Shown piece after piece: positions 1 to 8,816 of a stretch of 64,000 bases of DNA. Positions within the stretch are counted from its first letter, which is position 1. The number at the start of each line of letters is the position of its first letter. Under the pieces are notes generated by a model, which did no database searches, had not been told where the DNA came from, and saw only the letters and a program-made list of their open reading frames with translations. The position numbers and the translations under genes are program-made. Origin of the DNA: an uncultured virus (IMG/VR IMGVR_UViG_3300009155_000061). Its lineage: Duplodnaviria > Heunggongvirae > Uroviricota > Caudoviricetes. The stretch lies in IMG/VR virus record IMGVR_UViG_3300009155_000061. One strand, 5' to 3'.

Positions 1-618
1 ACAACAAGGCATTAGCCAAATACGATCAGTAGGTACCTTACATTCATAAACGTATTTTTCTATTATTTCGCTGACTTCAGCTTCACTACTTACAACAAAC
101 TTAAACCCCGATCGGTTTTTAGCATGCCATTTTAAGACCTCAGGCTTATATCTCTTTTCAACAGGATCACCATTATTACTCAGCTTTGGTGATGTAGTAA
201 ATGTTGCTTTCCAATCAAGCCATTGCGAATCAGGCATGATGGTTGCGTTTGTTTCAAAGTCAATCTTCGGGACGTAACCAAATCTAAATATATATTGATC
301 AACAAGCTCAAGTAAAGCTTTCTGCTGAATCAAAGGCTCACCGCCTGTAATTTTCCAGATAGCACCATCACGCAGACGACACTGATATCCATTTTGTGTT
401 ATAAAGTCAAAAACTTCATTATATGTTAATCTATTCTTTACTGACCAACTAACGAAACTATCGCAACCATTAGGTGAATCAGCAGACGCAAATCCTTTGC
501 AAGTGAGATTACACATCGATAAGCGCATAAAAACAGATGGCTTACCTACATACTCACCTTCACCTTCAATCGTATAAAATATTTTATCGTCACTTAAAAA
601 TATAGTCTTATCACTCAT
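1..618 (-). CDS. queE: 7-carboxy-7-deazaguanine synthase QueE (radical SAM); 3' end runs off the window
   Basis: Absent from the ORF track because no stop is in the window. Manual translation from ATG 618: MSDKTIFLSDDKIFYTIEGEGEYVGKPSVFMRLSMCNLTCKGFASADSPNGCDS...KITGGEP...DFETN; the EGEG..G.P.VF.R, TGGEP and ETN motifs are typical of QueE. Confidence 0.9.
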   Translation of the reverse strand, partial: MSDKTIFLSDDKIFYTIEGEGEYVGKPSVFMRLSMCNLTCKGFASADSPNGCDSFVSWSVKNRLTYNEVFDFITQNGYQCRLRDGAIWKITGGEPLIQQKALLELVDQYIFRFGYVPKIDFETNATIMPDSQWLDWKATFTTSPKLSNNGDPVEKRYKPEVLKWHAKNRSGFKFVVSSEAEVSEIIEKYVYECKVPTDRIWLMPCC

Positions 619-626
619 TGTCTTTA

Positions 627-1574
627 TTATAGCGTATTTTTATAATAATCAATAGCTAAATCTAAGCCACCTTGAAAGAAATTAACTTCTGGGACCCATC
701 CAAGTTCTTTTTTTATTTTTTCAGAATTTATTGCATACATAAAATCGTGACCCTTCCTATCTTCAACAAATGTAATTAAATCTCTATTTTTACCTAGTTT
801 ATCTAAAACAAGTTTTACTAATTCAATATTAGAAATAGTTACACCGGAGCCAATATTATAAATTTCACCGGCTTTTCCTTTATTAAGAACGCATAAGATA
901 GCATTGCAATGATCTGCAGCACATATCCATTCCCTTATGTTAGATCCATCACCATAAACCGGAATAGACTGATCTTTTAATGCATTAGTAATTAATTTTG
1001 GTAAGAGTTTTTCTCTATTTTGTCTCGGTCCGTAGTTATTACAACATCGCGTAATACATGTATTAAGCTTATATGTTTTGTAATAGCTATTAACAATAAG
1101 ATCGGATGATGCCTTAGTAGAAGAGTATACAGAACTCGGATCTAATAAAGTTGTTTCACGAAACGCATTAGATAATAGTTCAGCAGAAGCAATAGAACCG
1201 TATACTTCATCGGTGCTAACATGTATAAATTTTTTAACGTTATTATTTCTAGCAAACTCTAACATATTAAACGTTCCAAGTACATTAGTTAAAACAAAGA
1301 TCTCAGGTCCATTAATGCTATTATCAACATGTGACTCTGCAGCTAAATGAACTACATAATCGATATCTGTTAATTCAGGTATTTGTTTACTATCTGATAT
1401 ATCTGTCTTATAGAATATAATGCGGTTGTTATTACTAAGGGTTTCCTTAAATTTTAAATCCGCTGCATATGTCTCATTATCAAAGCAATGTAAAGTAGCT
1501 TCTGTTTTAGCTAAGAGAACCTCTAGTAAGTGTGACCCTATAAATCCTAGGCCACCCGTTATAACAATATTCAT
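627..1574 (-). CDS. rmlB: dTDP/NDP-glucose 4,6-dehydratase (RmlB-like)
   Basis: GGLGFIGS Rossmann motif, HLAAESHVDNSI, VSTDEVYG, YSSTK, NNYGPRQ, DRKGHD. Confidence 0.93.
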   Translation of the reverse strand: MNIVITGGLGFIGSHLLEVLLAKTEATLHCFDNETYAADLKFKETLSNNNRIIFYKTDISDSKQIPELTDIDYVVHLAAESHVDNSINGPEIFVLTNVLGTFNMLEFARNNNVKKFIHVSTDEVYGSIASAELLSNAFRETTLLDPSSVYSSTKASSDLIVNSYYKTYKLNTCITRCCNNYGPRQNREKLLPKLITNALKDQSIPVYGDGSNIREWICAADHCNAILCVLNKGKAGEIYNIGSGVTISNIELVKLVLDKLGKNRDLITFVEDRKGHDFMYAINSEKIKKELGWVPEVNFFQGGLDLAIDYYKNTL

Positions 1575-1626
1575 TTTTTATTATTATATGTTACAAAACA
1601 ATGTTATCCAGAATAAATACTAATAG

Positions 1627-2367
1627 ATGTCTAAAAAAGACAGACAGCTGAAAAAAGCTGCCAAGGCTAAAGATGAGAATGGAATTATCAGAAATGATAT
1701 CTTTCTCAATTTTAAAATTGACCAGAAATTTCATTTAAATGATCATCACAAAGCTTTTGTCGATAAAGCTATGGATGATTCTTCGCAAATTTTATTTTGT
1801 GACGGACCTGCAGGATCTTCAAAAACGTATCTCGCTGTATATGTAGCTCTCAGCATGCTTAGGGATAAGAAGATTGATGAGATTGTCTATATAAGGAGTA
1901 TTGTAGAATCAGCAACACGTAAATTAGGAAGCTTACCTGGTGAAGTTGATGAAAAATTCAAACCATGGAGTATTCCGTTAATCGAGAAGTGTGACGAGCT
2001 TGTTGGTAAGCAAATTACAGAGATGTTGTTTCAAAGTGATTATTTAAAAAGTATACCTGTTAATTTCTTACGTGGAGCTACATTTACAAATAATGTAGTA
2101 ATAGTTGACGAAGCTCAAAATCTTGAGCATAGCGAGTTAGTTACTATATTAACGCGTTTTGGTAAAAATTGTAAACTGTTTATTATAGGTGATTCCTTGC
2201 AATCTGATATTCAGAAATCAGGGTTTGCTAACATTATGAAAGCTTTTGATACTGATGTTAGTCGTGAAAACGGTATTCAGACCTTTCACTTTACGGAAGA
2301 AGATATAACGAGAAGCAAATTACTCAAGTTTATTGTCAAGGTTATTGCTGGTATCAAGACTAAATGA
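1627..2367 (+). CDS. phoH: PhoH-like ATPase
   Basis: GPAGSSKT Walker A, LGSLPG, FLRGATF, VDEAQN, ILTRFG, GDSLQSD. Confidence 0.92.
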   Translation: MSKKDRQLKKAAKAKDENGIIRNDIFLNFKIDQKFHLNDHHKAFVDKAMDDSSQILFCDGPAGSSKTYLAVYVALSMLRDKKIDEIVYIRSIVESATRKLGSLPGEVDEKFKPWSIPLIEKCDELVGKQITEMLFQSDYLKSIPVNFLRGATFTNNVVIVDEAQNLEHSELVTILTRFGKNCKLFIIGDSLQSDIQKSGFANIMKAFDTDVSRENGIQTFHFTEEDITRSKLLKFIVKVIAGIKTK

Positions 2368-2496
2368 TTTCTTTTTTATTGAAGAGTAAATGTCTTCCAT
2401 TTTTTTGTAATCGTCTTTTAAAGTAGTTTCTTTTGCTTTTGGTAAATAATCGCTTATTTCGCCGCCATAAAGCTGCTGCTTTGTTTCAGCATCCAT
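2320..2496 (-). CDS. small hypothetical protein coupled to queD
   Basis: ATG at 2496 overlaps the queD stop (TAATG); 3' end overlaps the end of phoH on the other strand. Confidence 0.45.
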   Translation of the reverse strand: MDAETKQQLYGGEISDYLPKAKETTLKDDYKKMEDIYSSIKKKSFSLDTSNNLDNKLE

Positions 2497-3173
2497 TACG
2501 TACCCCAACTTGTACCGCCGAAGAGATTTGAGTAACCAGATGTTACATTGCTACGTCCAACATGCGCAGGTCTTGGCCCTGGAGCTGTTGTTTGTTCCGG
2601 AGCATTCTTTATTACTGTCTGTAAGTCGATACCAGATTCTTCTTTTACCTCATTTAAAAATTCAGCAACCGGGCTGACCTGAGATTGTATAGATGTTGAG
2701 AAAACATTATTGTTTTGTACTTCAACAATAGTTGGTAGATATGATACAATAGCTGAATTCTTATCATGCTCCCATACTTCAACCTTACTAACCCAGCATC
2801 TATTATTTGTAATGCCTCTTACATGTGAATCAGCTATTTCAAAGCAGAATTCTGCTGTTCTCTCAATACCTACTCCTTTAGGCATAATTCTTAGATCTAC
2901 AGCTCCTAACTGATGTAATTGTTGAAAATAATTTAAAAGAGGATCATCTCCTGCAATACAAAGTGTATGATCAAATTGCTTCTCAAGTACTTGCTTAAGA
3001 TTTTTTAACCCACCGAAATCTACAACCCAATTTCTTTCATCTAATGTATTACACTCAAACCAAAATTTACCAATTAATCTATATCCATGTATGAACTTAC
3101 AATGACTATCTGCTTTCCATTGTCTAAATGCGCAACTACCTAATTCAATTATCTTTGTGCTCTCAAATTTCAT
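2496..3173 (-). CDS. queD: QueD / 6-pyruvoyl-tetrahydropterin synthase family protein with about 80 aa C-terminal extension
   Basis: SHCKFIHGY, WVVDFGGLK, FDHT, VEVWEH motifs of the PTPS/QueD T-fold. Confidence 0.88.
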   Translation of the reverse strand: MKFESTKIIELGSCAFRQWKADSHCKFIHGYRLIGKFWFECNTLDERNWVVDFGGLKNLKQVLEKQFDHTLCIAGDDPLLNYFQQLHQLGAVDLRIMPKGVGIERTAEFCFEIADSHVRGITNNRCWVSKVEVWEHDKNSAIVSYLPTIVEVQNNNVFSTSIQSQVSPVAEFLNEVKEESGIDLQTVIKNAPEQTTAPGPRPAHVGRSNVTSGYSNLFGGTSWGT

Positions 3174-3180
3174 AATCTTT

Positions 3181-3208
3181 ATAATAACCTATATACATAA
3201 TAAATCAA
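3181..3208 (-). promoter_or_regulatory. sigma70-type promoter of queD (TTGATT-N16-TATTAT, 7 nt before ATG)
   Basis: Same geometry as the other early/middle promoters in the window. Confidence 0.6.
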
Positions 3209-3251
3209 CAATCTAAAAATAAACAAAGACTATCTTTCTATATCCTTTAAT

Positions 3252-3279
3252 ATTATAACCAAATTTTTTAAAAAATCAA
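3252..3279 (-). promoter_or_regulatory. second sigma70-type promoter (TTGATT-N16-TATAAT) upstream of queD with no adjacent start codon
   Basis: Consensus -10 and 16-nt spacer; followed by a short AAAGA-TAG-TCTTT hairpin and a T-rich tract. Confidence 0.55.
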
Positions 3280-3284
3280 CTGGT

Positions 3285-3446
3285 TTATTTTACTATACCA
3301 GAGATATTTTTTTCTTTTATATAAGACTCGGCCTCTTCTTTTGAATTAAAAACAAGCGGTGCTTCATTTTCAATTAAGATAGAATTATCCTCTTTAACAA
3401 TAAAGAAGCCTCTTTTTCTCAGCTTCACCGGTAATTCAGCGTTCAT
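3285..3446 (-). CDS. 53 aa hypothetical protein (MNAELPVKLRKRGFFIVKEDN...)
   Basis: Found manually, shorter than any ORF in the track; TAAATA late promoter (3452-3457) 5 nt before the ATG. Confidence 0.6.
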   Translation of the reverse strand: MNAELPVKLRKRGFFIVKEDNSILIENEAPLVFNSKEEAESYIKEKNISGIVK

Positions 3447-3454
3447 TAATATAT

Positions 3455-4057
3455 TTACCTCTTTGCTGAAGGTAAGGCCATCAGAATACCGTTTTTATTT
3501 TGCATAGTTTCATAAGGTGTTACGCGACCTGTTCTATCAATGATAGCGAAAGTATCGCCTTTGCCCAAGCGCTGCGGTGGTTTATTACCTCTATATTTAT
3601 TCATATTATTTGTAAGATAAGATACATCAAACGCTTGTGTTTGTTTAGTAAGATCAGATGTTCCGTAAAGCTTTTTGTTTAAATCTTTTTGTAGTTGTGT
3701 TTGTACAGAACTTTTTACACCCTGTATACCTTTAGTAATACCCCTCTCTGCTGCTCCAAGCCCTTTTTGTATACCGCCTGTTACAGATCCTACTAGTTGA
3801 GATGGATCACCAGATGAACCAGGTCCGTAAACAAGACCCTGTTTTAATGCGTTAACAGCTTTACCTGGTGCGGTCAATGCAGCCCCAGCTCCACCAGCAA
3901 GAGCTGCAGCACCTTGTAGATACGTACGAGGATCAATTGCTTTTTTTGCTATATATCCCAAGCCTTTAAAGGGGGCTTTGAGTGCAGCTTTAGTACCAGC
4001 TTTGAGGTAGTCAGCCATTGTGGCTTCAAATAACTTATCAAATTTAGATATTTTCAT
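3455..4057 (-). CDS. Gly/Ala-rich hypothetical protein, possible internal virion protein
   Basis: 200 aa ORF; N-terminus MKISKFDKLFE/A resembles a capsid-targeting peptide. Confidence 0.7.
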   Translation of the reverse strand: MKISKFDKLFEATMADYLKAGTKAALKAPFKGLGYIAKKAIDPRTYLQGAAALAGGAGAALTAPGKAVNALKQGLVYGPGSSGDPSQLVGSVTGGIQKGLGAAERGITKGIQGVKSSVQTQLQKDLNKKLYGTSDLTKQTQAFDVSYLTNNMNKYRGNKPPQRLGKGDTFAIIDRTGRVTPYETMQNKNGILMALPSAKR

Positions 4058-4481
4058 CTAATATAAAATCCTTATATAGTTCAGAAAGATTGTCTCCTGT
4101 ATAGCCACATTGCTTTACATACTGTTCAATATCATTAATGCAATCACTATTACATATATTTTGTAATAATGGATCATTTTCTGCTTTACCGTCTTTTACT
4201 AAGCGCTGTATAATAAATTTTTTAAATTCCTCAAAAGTATCAACCTCATCTTCACTAGCGAGATATTCTAAAAATTCTGCAGGTATATCTTCTATTGTCA
4301 TATCTGGTGTTAAAACTAATACCTTCAAGCTGCCGGCATTTTCTTCAAGTATATAACCTTCGTAACCATCACATTTCGAAAAATCACATTCTTTGCTAAC
4401 ATTAGCGGGATCTATCTTCACGCGTACTCTCTTTAATGAAGTGTTCTTTAAACCCTCTTCAATAACTTTACTATATTGCAT
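4044..4481 (-). CDS. hypothetical protein (late)
   Basis: Start moved to ATG 4481 (MQYSKVIEE), 5 nt after TAAATA at 4487-4492. Confidence 0.7.
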   Translation of the reverse strand: MQYSKVIEEGLKNTSLKRVRVKIDPANVSKECDFSKCDGYEGYILEENAGSLKVLVLTPDMTIEDIPAEFLEYLASEDEVDTFEEFKKFIIQRLVKDGKAENDPLLQNICNSDCINDIEQYVKQCGYTGDNLSELYKDFILDENI

Positions 4482-4494
4482 ACAATTATTTATG

Positions 4495-4522
4495 TTGATC
4501 TCGATATATCTTATCATATAAT
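4495..4522 (+). promoter_or_regulatory. sigma70-type promoter of folE (TTGATC-N16-TATAAT, 6 nt before ATG)
   Basis: Read directly; matches the window-wide pattern. Confidence 0.65.
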
Positions 4523-4528
4523 TTGTAT

Positions 4529-5182
4529 ATGTCTAAGGTAAAACTTGCTTTCGCTAATCACAATCATCCTCATACTCAAGAAGAAAGAGAACAAATAATT
4601 GAAAGAGCATCAAAGGCGTATGAAGCTTATATGGATGCATTAGGGTATGATTGGAGAAATGACCCAAATAGTGATAATACACCTCATCGTGTTGCTAAAG
4701 CTTTTGTAGAAGATTTTGCATGGGGTTGTTATAGTAAGCCGCCAAAGATTACAGCATTTGATAATATCGATCAATACGATGGTATGGTATGTCAGAATAA
4801 TATTAAATTAACATCACTTTGTTCACATCATCATGCTCCATTTACTGGTGTAGCGCATGTAGCTTATATTCCCTCAAAAGAAGGTAAGGTTATTGGTCTT
4901 AGTAAGCTAAATCGTATTGTTGATTGGTTTGCGCGACGCCCTCAGGTACAAGAAAATCTTACCATGCAAATTCATGCGCATATTGATCTTGTATGTGAAA
5001 AGAATAACGGTGTTGCAGTAATGATTGAAGCTAATCATACCTGTTGCTCTAACCGTGGTATTAGACATGATTCAACAATGCGTACAGCTAGAATGTCTGG
5101 TGCGTTTTTAGATAATGATGATAATTCTAGAGCTGAATTTTATAAGTTTGTAGAATTTGCTCAAAATAGAAAACTAATCTAA
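4529..5182 (+). CDS. folE: GTP cyclohydrolase I FolE
   Basis: TPHRVAK, SLCSHHHAPF, GLSKLNRIV, RRPQVQE, HTCCSNRG. Confidence 0.95.
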   Translation: MSKVKLAFANHNHPHTQEEREQIIERASKAYEAYMDALGYDWRNDPNSDNTPHRVAKAFVEDFAWGCYSKPPKITAFDNIDQYDGMVCQNNIKLTSLCSHHHAPFTGVAHVAYIPSKEGKVIGLSKLNRIVDWFARRPQVQENLTMQIHAHIDLVCEKNNGVAVMIEANHTCCSNRGIRHDSTMRTARMSGAFLDNDDNSRAEFYKFVEFAQNRKLI

Positions 5183-5824
5183 GTTCTCTGTTTTCCTTTT
5201 CTTAAAGATAATAAAAGCTTTTCTTGTTAAAGGATTAATAATTTTAAGAATATCTTTACCCTTAAACTTTGGACCACCTTGTTTATTTACAATTAAAGTT
5301 TTTTGTTTATTAGCTACCGCTCTTATAGCATTTTCACTATAGCTTGGTCTTCTCCAATCTTTTGCTAGCTTATCTTTTTGGTTTAATGCTATAACATTAT
5401 ATTTTGTTGATTCATTAACTTCCTTATTTACATCAATTACTGCATTAAGCTTTTTTAAGAAAGGCTCACCAACTAAAATAGGATCTTCATTTTCAGATCG
5501 ATCTGCTATACTAAAAGGTACATCTCTATATTCTTTTCCATTTATTTTTATATTCAGATTAACAATTGGTCTATCCTCTTTTACACCACTTCCAATATGT
5601 ATTTTAATATCGCCGCTTTTAGGCAATGAAACGCGCTTATTATTAACTGTCGTAAAAGCAACATTTTCACCTTCTTCAGAAACATCGACACCGTGTAGAA
5701 CGTTATAAGCCTCATTACCGCTGTCTATCTTTGCAGGAAGTTTACCAATACCGTCAATATCAATTAATTCATTAACACCTAAAACAGGCTTACTTTTCTT
5801 GTAAAAATCTTTAAAGGTATCCAC
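5174..5824 (-). CDS. retropepsin-like (RimB / putative ATP-dependent zinc protease family) protease with basic C-terminal domain
   Basis: AKIDSGN (family motif AKxDTG), E.RPIV, FSIADRS, PILVG..FL; start moved to GTG 5824 (MDTFKDFY) after TAAATA 5833-5838. Confidence 0.75.
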   Translation of the reverse strand: MDTFKDFYKKSKPVLGVNELIDIDGIGKLPAKIDSGNEAYNVLHGVDVSEEGENVAFTTVNNKRVSLPKSGDIKIHIGSGVKEDRPIVNLNIKINGKEYRDVPFSIADRSENEDPILVGEPFLKKLNAVIDVNKEVNESTKYNVIALNQKDKLAKDWRRPSYSENAIRAVANKQKTLIVNKQGGPKFKGKDILKIINPLTRKAFIIFKKRKTENLD

Positions 5825-5872
5825 AGTAAAGATATTTATTGAATTTGAAAGCATTTCATATAGTATTGTCAA

Positions 5873-6280
5873 ATGGATAGTTACTTTAAAAAATGTATAG
5901 AGGTGTCCTATGCACTTCTCGGCAAACACGGTGATTATAGATGTAAACACTTCTCTTTCATATTTCAAAAGAACAGACTCATTTCAATTGGTATAAATAA
6001 CCCTTACAAGACACATCCAAGAAATTTAGAGATTGGTTTTTACAGTAGATCTGGTGAAGATATATCCACAACGGTAGGTGTTCATTCTGAATTATCAGCA
6101 GTTCTTAAGCTTGGTGAGCAAGATTGCAGTAAATTTACACTTATTAACACACGAATTAACAGAAACAATCAAATTGACCTGTCAAAACCATGTAAAAGCT
6201 GCTATTCTCTTGTTAAACAGTTAAATTTCAAGAAGATCTTTTACTCAACTAATGACAATAATTTTATTAAATTAGAATAA
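5873..6280 (+). CDS. cytidine/dCMP deaminase-fold zinc protein
   Basis: HSE and SKPCKSC zinc motifs; promoter TTGAAT-N16-TAGTAT 6 nt before the ATG. Confidence 0.8.
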   Translation: MDSYFKKCIEVSYALLGKHGDYRCKHFSFIFQKNRLISIGINNPYKTHPRNLEIGFYSRSGEDISTTVGVHSELSAVLKLGEQDCSKFTLINTRINRNNQIDLSKPCKSCYSLVKQLNFKKIFYSTNDNNFIKLE

Positions 6281-6288
6281 ATAATTAT

Positions 6289-6936
6289 ATGTTCGCTAAA
6301 GATTTTCATCTTTTAAATGAACTTTATGATCAGAAGATTATGAAGGAAATGAACCTTGGCCCTCAAGGTGATAATCAAGGTGTAACACCCTCTCCAACAA
6401 AAATTACTAAAGTAAGTCTACCTCCTGAGAAGGACTGCGGATGTGAAGATGCAGAAAATACTGCATGCTCTTATGCAGCAAAAGGTTGTGATTGTAACGA
6501 ATGTGAAGCTTGCAAAGCAAATCAAAAGAGCGAGAATTGTGAAGGGTATAATCCCGATGATTATGACAGCAACGGTAAAATGGCTCGTCAATTACTTTTT
6601 AGAGTAGCAAAGCTCTCAGCAATGCTTCACGACTTACTACAAGGTAAGAACAATGTCGAAGCATGGGTTTTGAGTAAAATAACAAATGCACATGATCAAA
6701 TTAACTCTGTATTTGGTTATGAAGATTATGAACATGCCTTAAATCCAATGCAAGGTGAGTGCGGCGATGTTGCAGGTAGTCTAGAAGAAAATAATGAAGA
6801 AGAGCTTTTTAATGCTATTTCTAGAGGTGGAGATAGTCTTGTAGATATGCTTCGTAATTCTTTAAAACGTGAATCACGAGAAACGTTAGAAAAAGTATTA
6901 CTCGAGACAATTGTTCTTTTAGAGAGCAAAAAATAA
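6289..6936 (+). CDS. hypothetical late protein with Cys-rich segment
   Basis: 215 aa ORF; TAAATA 6278-6283; CGC...CSYAAKGCDCNECEAC segment. Confidence 0.75.
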   Translation: MFAKDFHLLNELYDQKIMKEMNLGPQGDNQGVTPSPTKITKVSLPPEKDCGCEDAENTACSYAAKGCDCNECEACKANQKSENCEGYNPDDYDSNGKMARQLLFRVAKLSAMLHDLLQGKNNVEAWVLSKITNAHDQINSVFGYEDYEHALNPMQGECGDVAGSLEENNEEELFNAISRGGDSLVDMLRNSLKRESRETLEKVLLETIVLLESKK

Positions 6937-7605
6937 TTAAGTTAATTTTGAGTTAAAAAGCTCAAATATTCTTGGATTGAATTTACCTAGAATTTGTGTA
7001 ATATATTCTTTACGTGTATTTTCATCTGCAGCTTTATACATATTTCTTAACTCTGTAGCACTAGAAATACCCTTACCACCAAGATTAAATGTAATAGTTG
7101 ACGGTGCATATATATAGCCATGACCACCATCTTCGCGAAAAGGATCCATTGCTGTTAAATCTTTAAATGGCTGAAAATATGTAGGTGTACCTTTCTTTGT
7201 CATACCAAAAGTAAAACGAGGATCATTTTCCATATCTTTTTTGCCCATAAGATAAATTACCTTTGCAACATTAGAATTATAATCTTTTAAAATTTCTACC
7301 GGCTTATAAGGCTGCTTTACCTCTTTTATTTCATTTTCATTAATACCGGTAGCTTTAATAATTTCTTTTTTCTCTGCAAAATTAAAAGGGTAGCGCTCTG
7401 GTTCTTTTGTTTTACCTGCTTCGTTTGCTGTAGCAATATAAAAGTCTGCTCCAGGAAATTGCTTTTTTGCCTCATCGTAAAGTTTTTTATGCCCAACATG
7501 AAATGGTTGAAATCTTCCTGGAAAGATAACAATTAAATTATTTTTTTGCTGCTGCAACTGCTGATGTTGTTGCAACAATGTTTCAACAAGTTTATAAAAT
7601 TTCAC
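6937..7605 (-). CDS. HxGH (cytidylyltransferase-like) nucleotidyltransferase
   Basis: FPGRFQPFHVGH, PFNFAEK, GKKD and ISSATELR motifs; GTG start overlaps the upstream stop. Confidence 0.85.
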   Translation of the reverse strand: MKFYKLVETLLQQHQQLQQQKNNLIVIFPGRFQPFHVGHKKLYDEAKKQFPGADFYIATANEAGKTKEPERYPFNFAEKKEIIKATGINENEIKEVKQPYKPVEILKDYNSNVAKVIYLMGKKDMENDPRFTFGMTKKGTPTYFQPFKDLTAMDPFREDGGHGYIYAPSTITFNLGGKGISSATELRNMYKAADENTRKEYITQILGKFNPRIFELFNSKLT

Positions 7606-8816
7606 CAGTTCATCCCCGGTGTTAATGTTAAACGAGCACCTTCTCTACCATACTCTGGATTTGTTTGATAATTCATTTTATTTTGTACTCTATTTGTATT
7701 TGCGATTTGACCCCTTACACCCTCTTCATTTTCGCCTCTTTTAGCAAATTTACCTGCTTCTTTTCCAAGAATAAAGTTACCGGTAATCTTAACAGGGCCA
7801 TTATATATGCTTTGATCTCTTACTACGATACCCTCTTGCCCACCTACATTACCGAGATCAGAGTTAGCAGAATCTTTTATTTTCTGGCCAAGAAGAATTG
7901 TTGCATGATATATTACAGCGCCAGCAATTGCTTTTAGAATATCCTGTTCATTATTACCTATATACTTGTCCATTGCGATACCTGACATTAAATTTTTATA
8001 ATTTTCAAGACTCATAGCACTTATTTTCTTACCTGATGCAAGAGTAATTTTTTCTGCTTTAGGATTAGTAACATCTTGCAACCAATCATTTAACGTCTTT
8101 GTCTGAATATCTTTTACATTATAACGTACACTCAATTTAGTTCCTAACTCTTTAGCAAAATTAATTTTATTTTGTAATGATACAGTAAATTCGTGCACTA
8201 CATCAAAATTATATTTTTTAGCTATCGGATTAACCTTTTCAATAAGATCGTTCAATGCTTTCTTATCATATGAAATCTCGCGTGAAGCTCTACTAACACT
8301 ACCACGTACCGGACTCTTAACCTCATATATTTCATTTAAACCGTGTATAGCAAGAAAGTTATTAGCATAGCCTACAACATTAGTAGATCCTTTAACATAT
8401 TCCATATTGAAAACAATATTACTATTATCCCACATCTTCAAACGCTTTAAATCATTTTCAATATCAGGTATTGCAGAATTAAAAATTTCTAATACTATTC
8501 TTCCTGTCTCTAGCATTCCGTGACCTTCAGGAAATCTTGTATTAAGTTTACTGATGGTTACCCCTTCTCTATCTTCAGGCTTATTAGAACCGCGGTCCAT
8601 AGCAAACTCCTTATTACCCTCCGCATTAGTTATTAGCTTAATTGATGTATTTACACCATCAATCTTAACAACAGAAGGGGTTTTAGCTAAACTATTAGCT
8701 AATTTATTAAAAACGCTTATCAAATCTTTACCAGAATGGACAGAAGGAATATCGAAAGGATGCGCCATATGTCCTGCTACACCACCCTCAAGAAGAAATT
8801 GTTTAAATGTTATCAT
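7602..8816 (-). CDS. ligase-like covalent nucleotidyltransferase (KxDG), phage cytidyltransferase-associated type
   Basis: GHMAHPFD; motif I VKIDG; motif III-like FNMEYV; motif IV QEGIVVR; motif V PVKITG. Confidence 0.6.
   Translation of the reverse strand: MITFKQFLLEGGVAGHMAHPFDIPSVHSGKDLISVFNKLANSLAKTPSVVKIDGVNTSIKLITNAEGNKEFAMDRGSNKPEDREGVTISKLNTRFPEGHGMLETGRIVLEIFNSAIPDIENDLKRLKMWDNSNIVFNMEYVKGSTNVVGYANNFLAIHGLNEIYEVKSPVRGSVSRASREISYDKKALNDLIEKVNPIAKKYNFDVVHEFTVSLQNKINFAKELGTKLSVRYNVKDIQTKTLNDWLQDVTNPKAEKITLASGKKISAMSLENYKNLMSGIAMDKYIGNNEQDILKAIAGAVIYHATILLGQKIKDSANSDLGNVGGQEGIVVRDQSIYNGPVKITGNFILGKEAGKFAKRGENEEGVRGQIANTNRVQNKMNYQTNPEYGREGARLTLTPGMNW

Noticed and set aside
3174..3284. 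preQ1 riboswitch upstream of queD or the amidotransferase
   Set aside because: No P1 stem with the conserved loop and A-rich tail is evident at either site
5825..5968. Track's long N-terminus for the protease (similar extensions at 33980, 11727, 4517, 53274)
   Set aside because: They overlap divergent genes or promoters; internal starts fit the promoter geometry better
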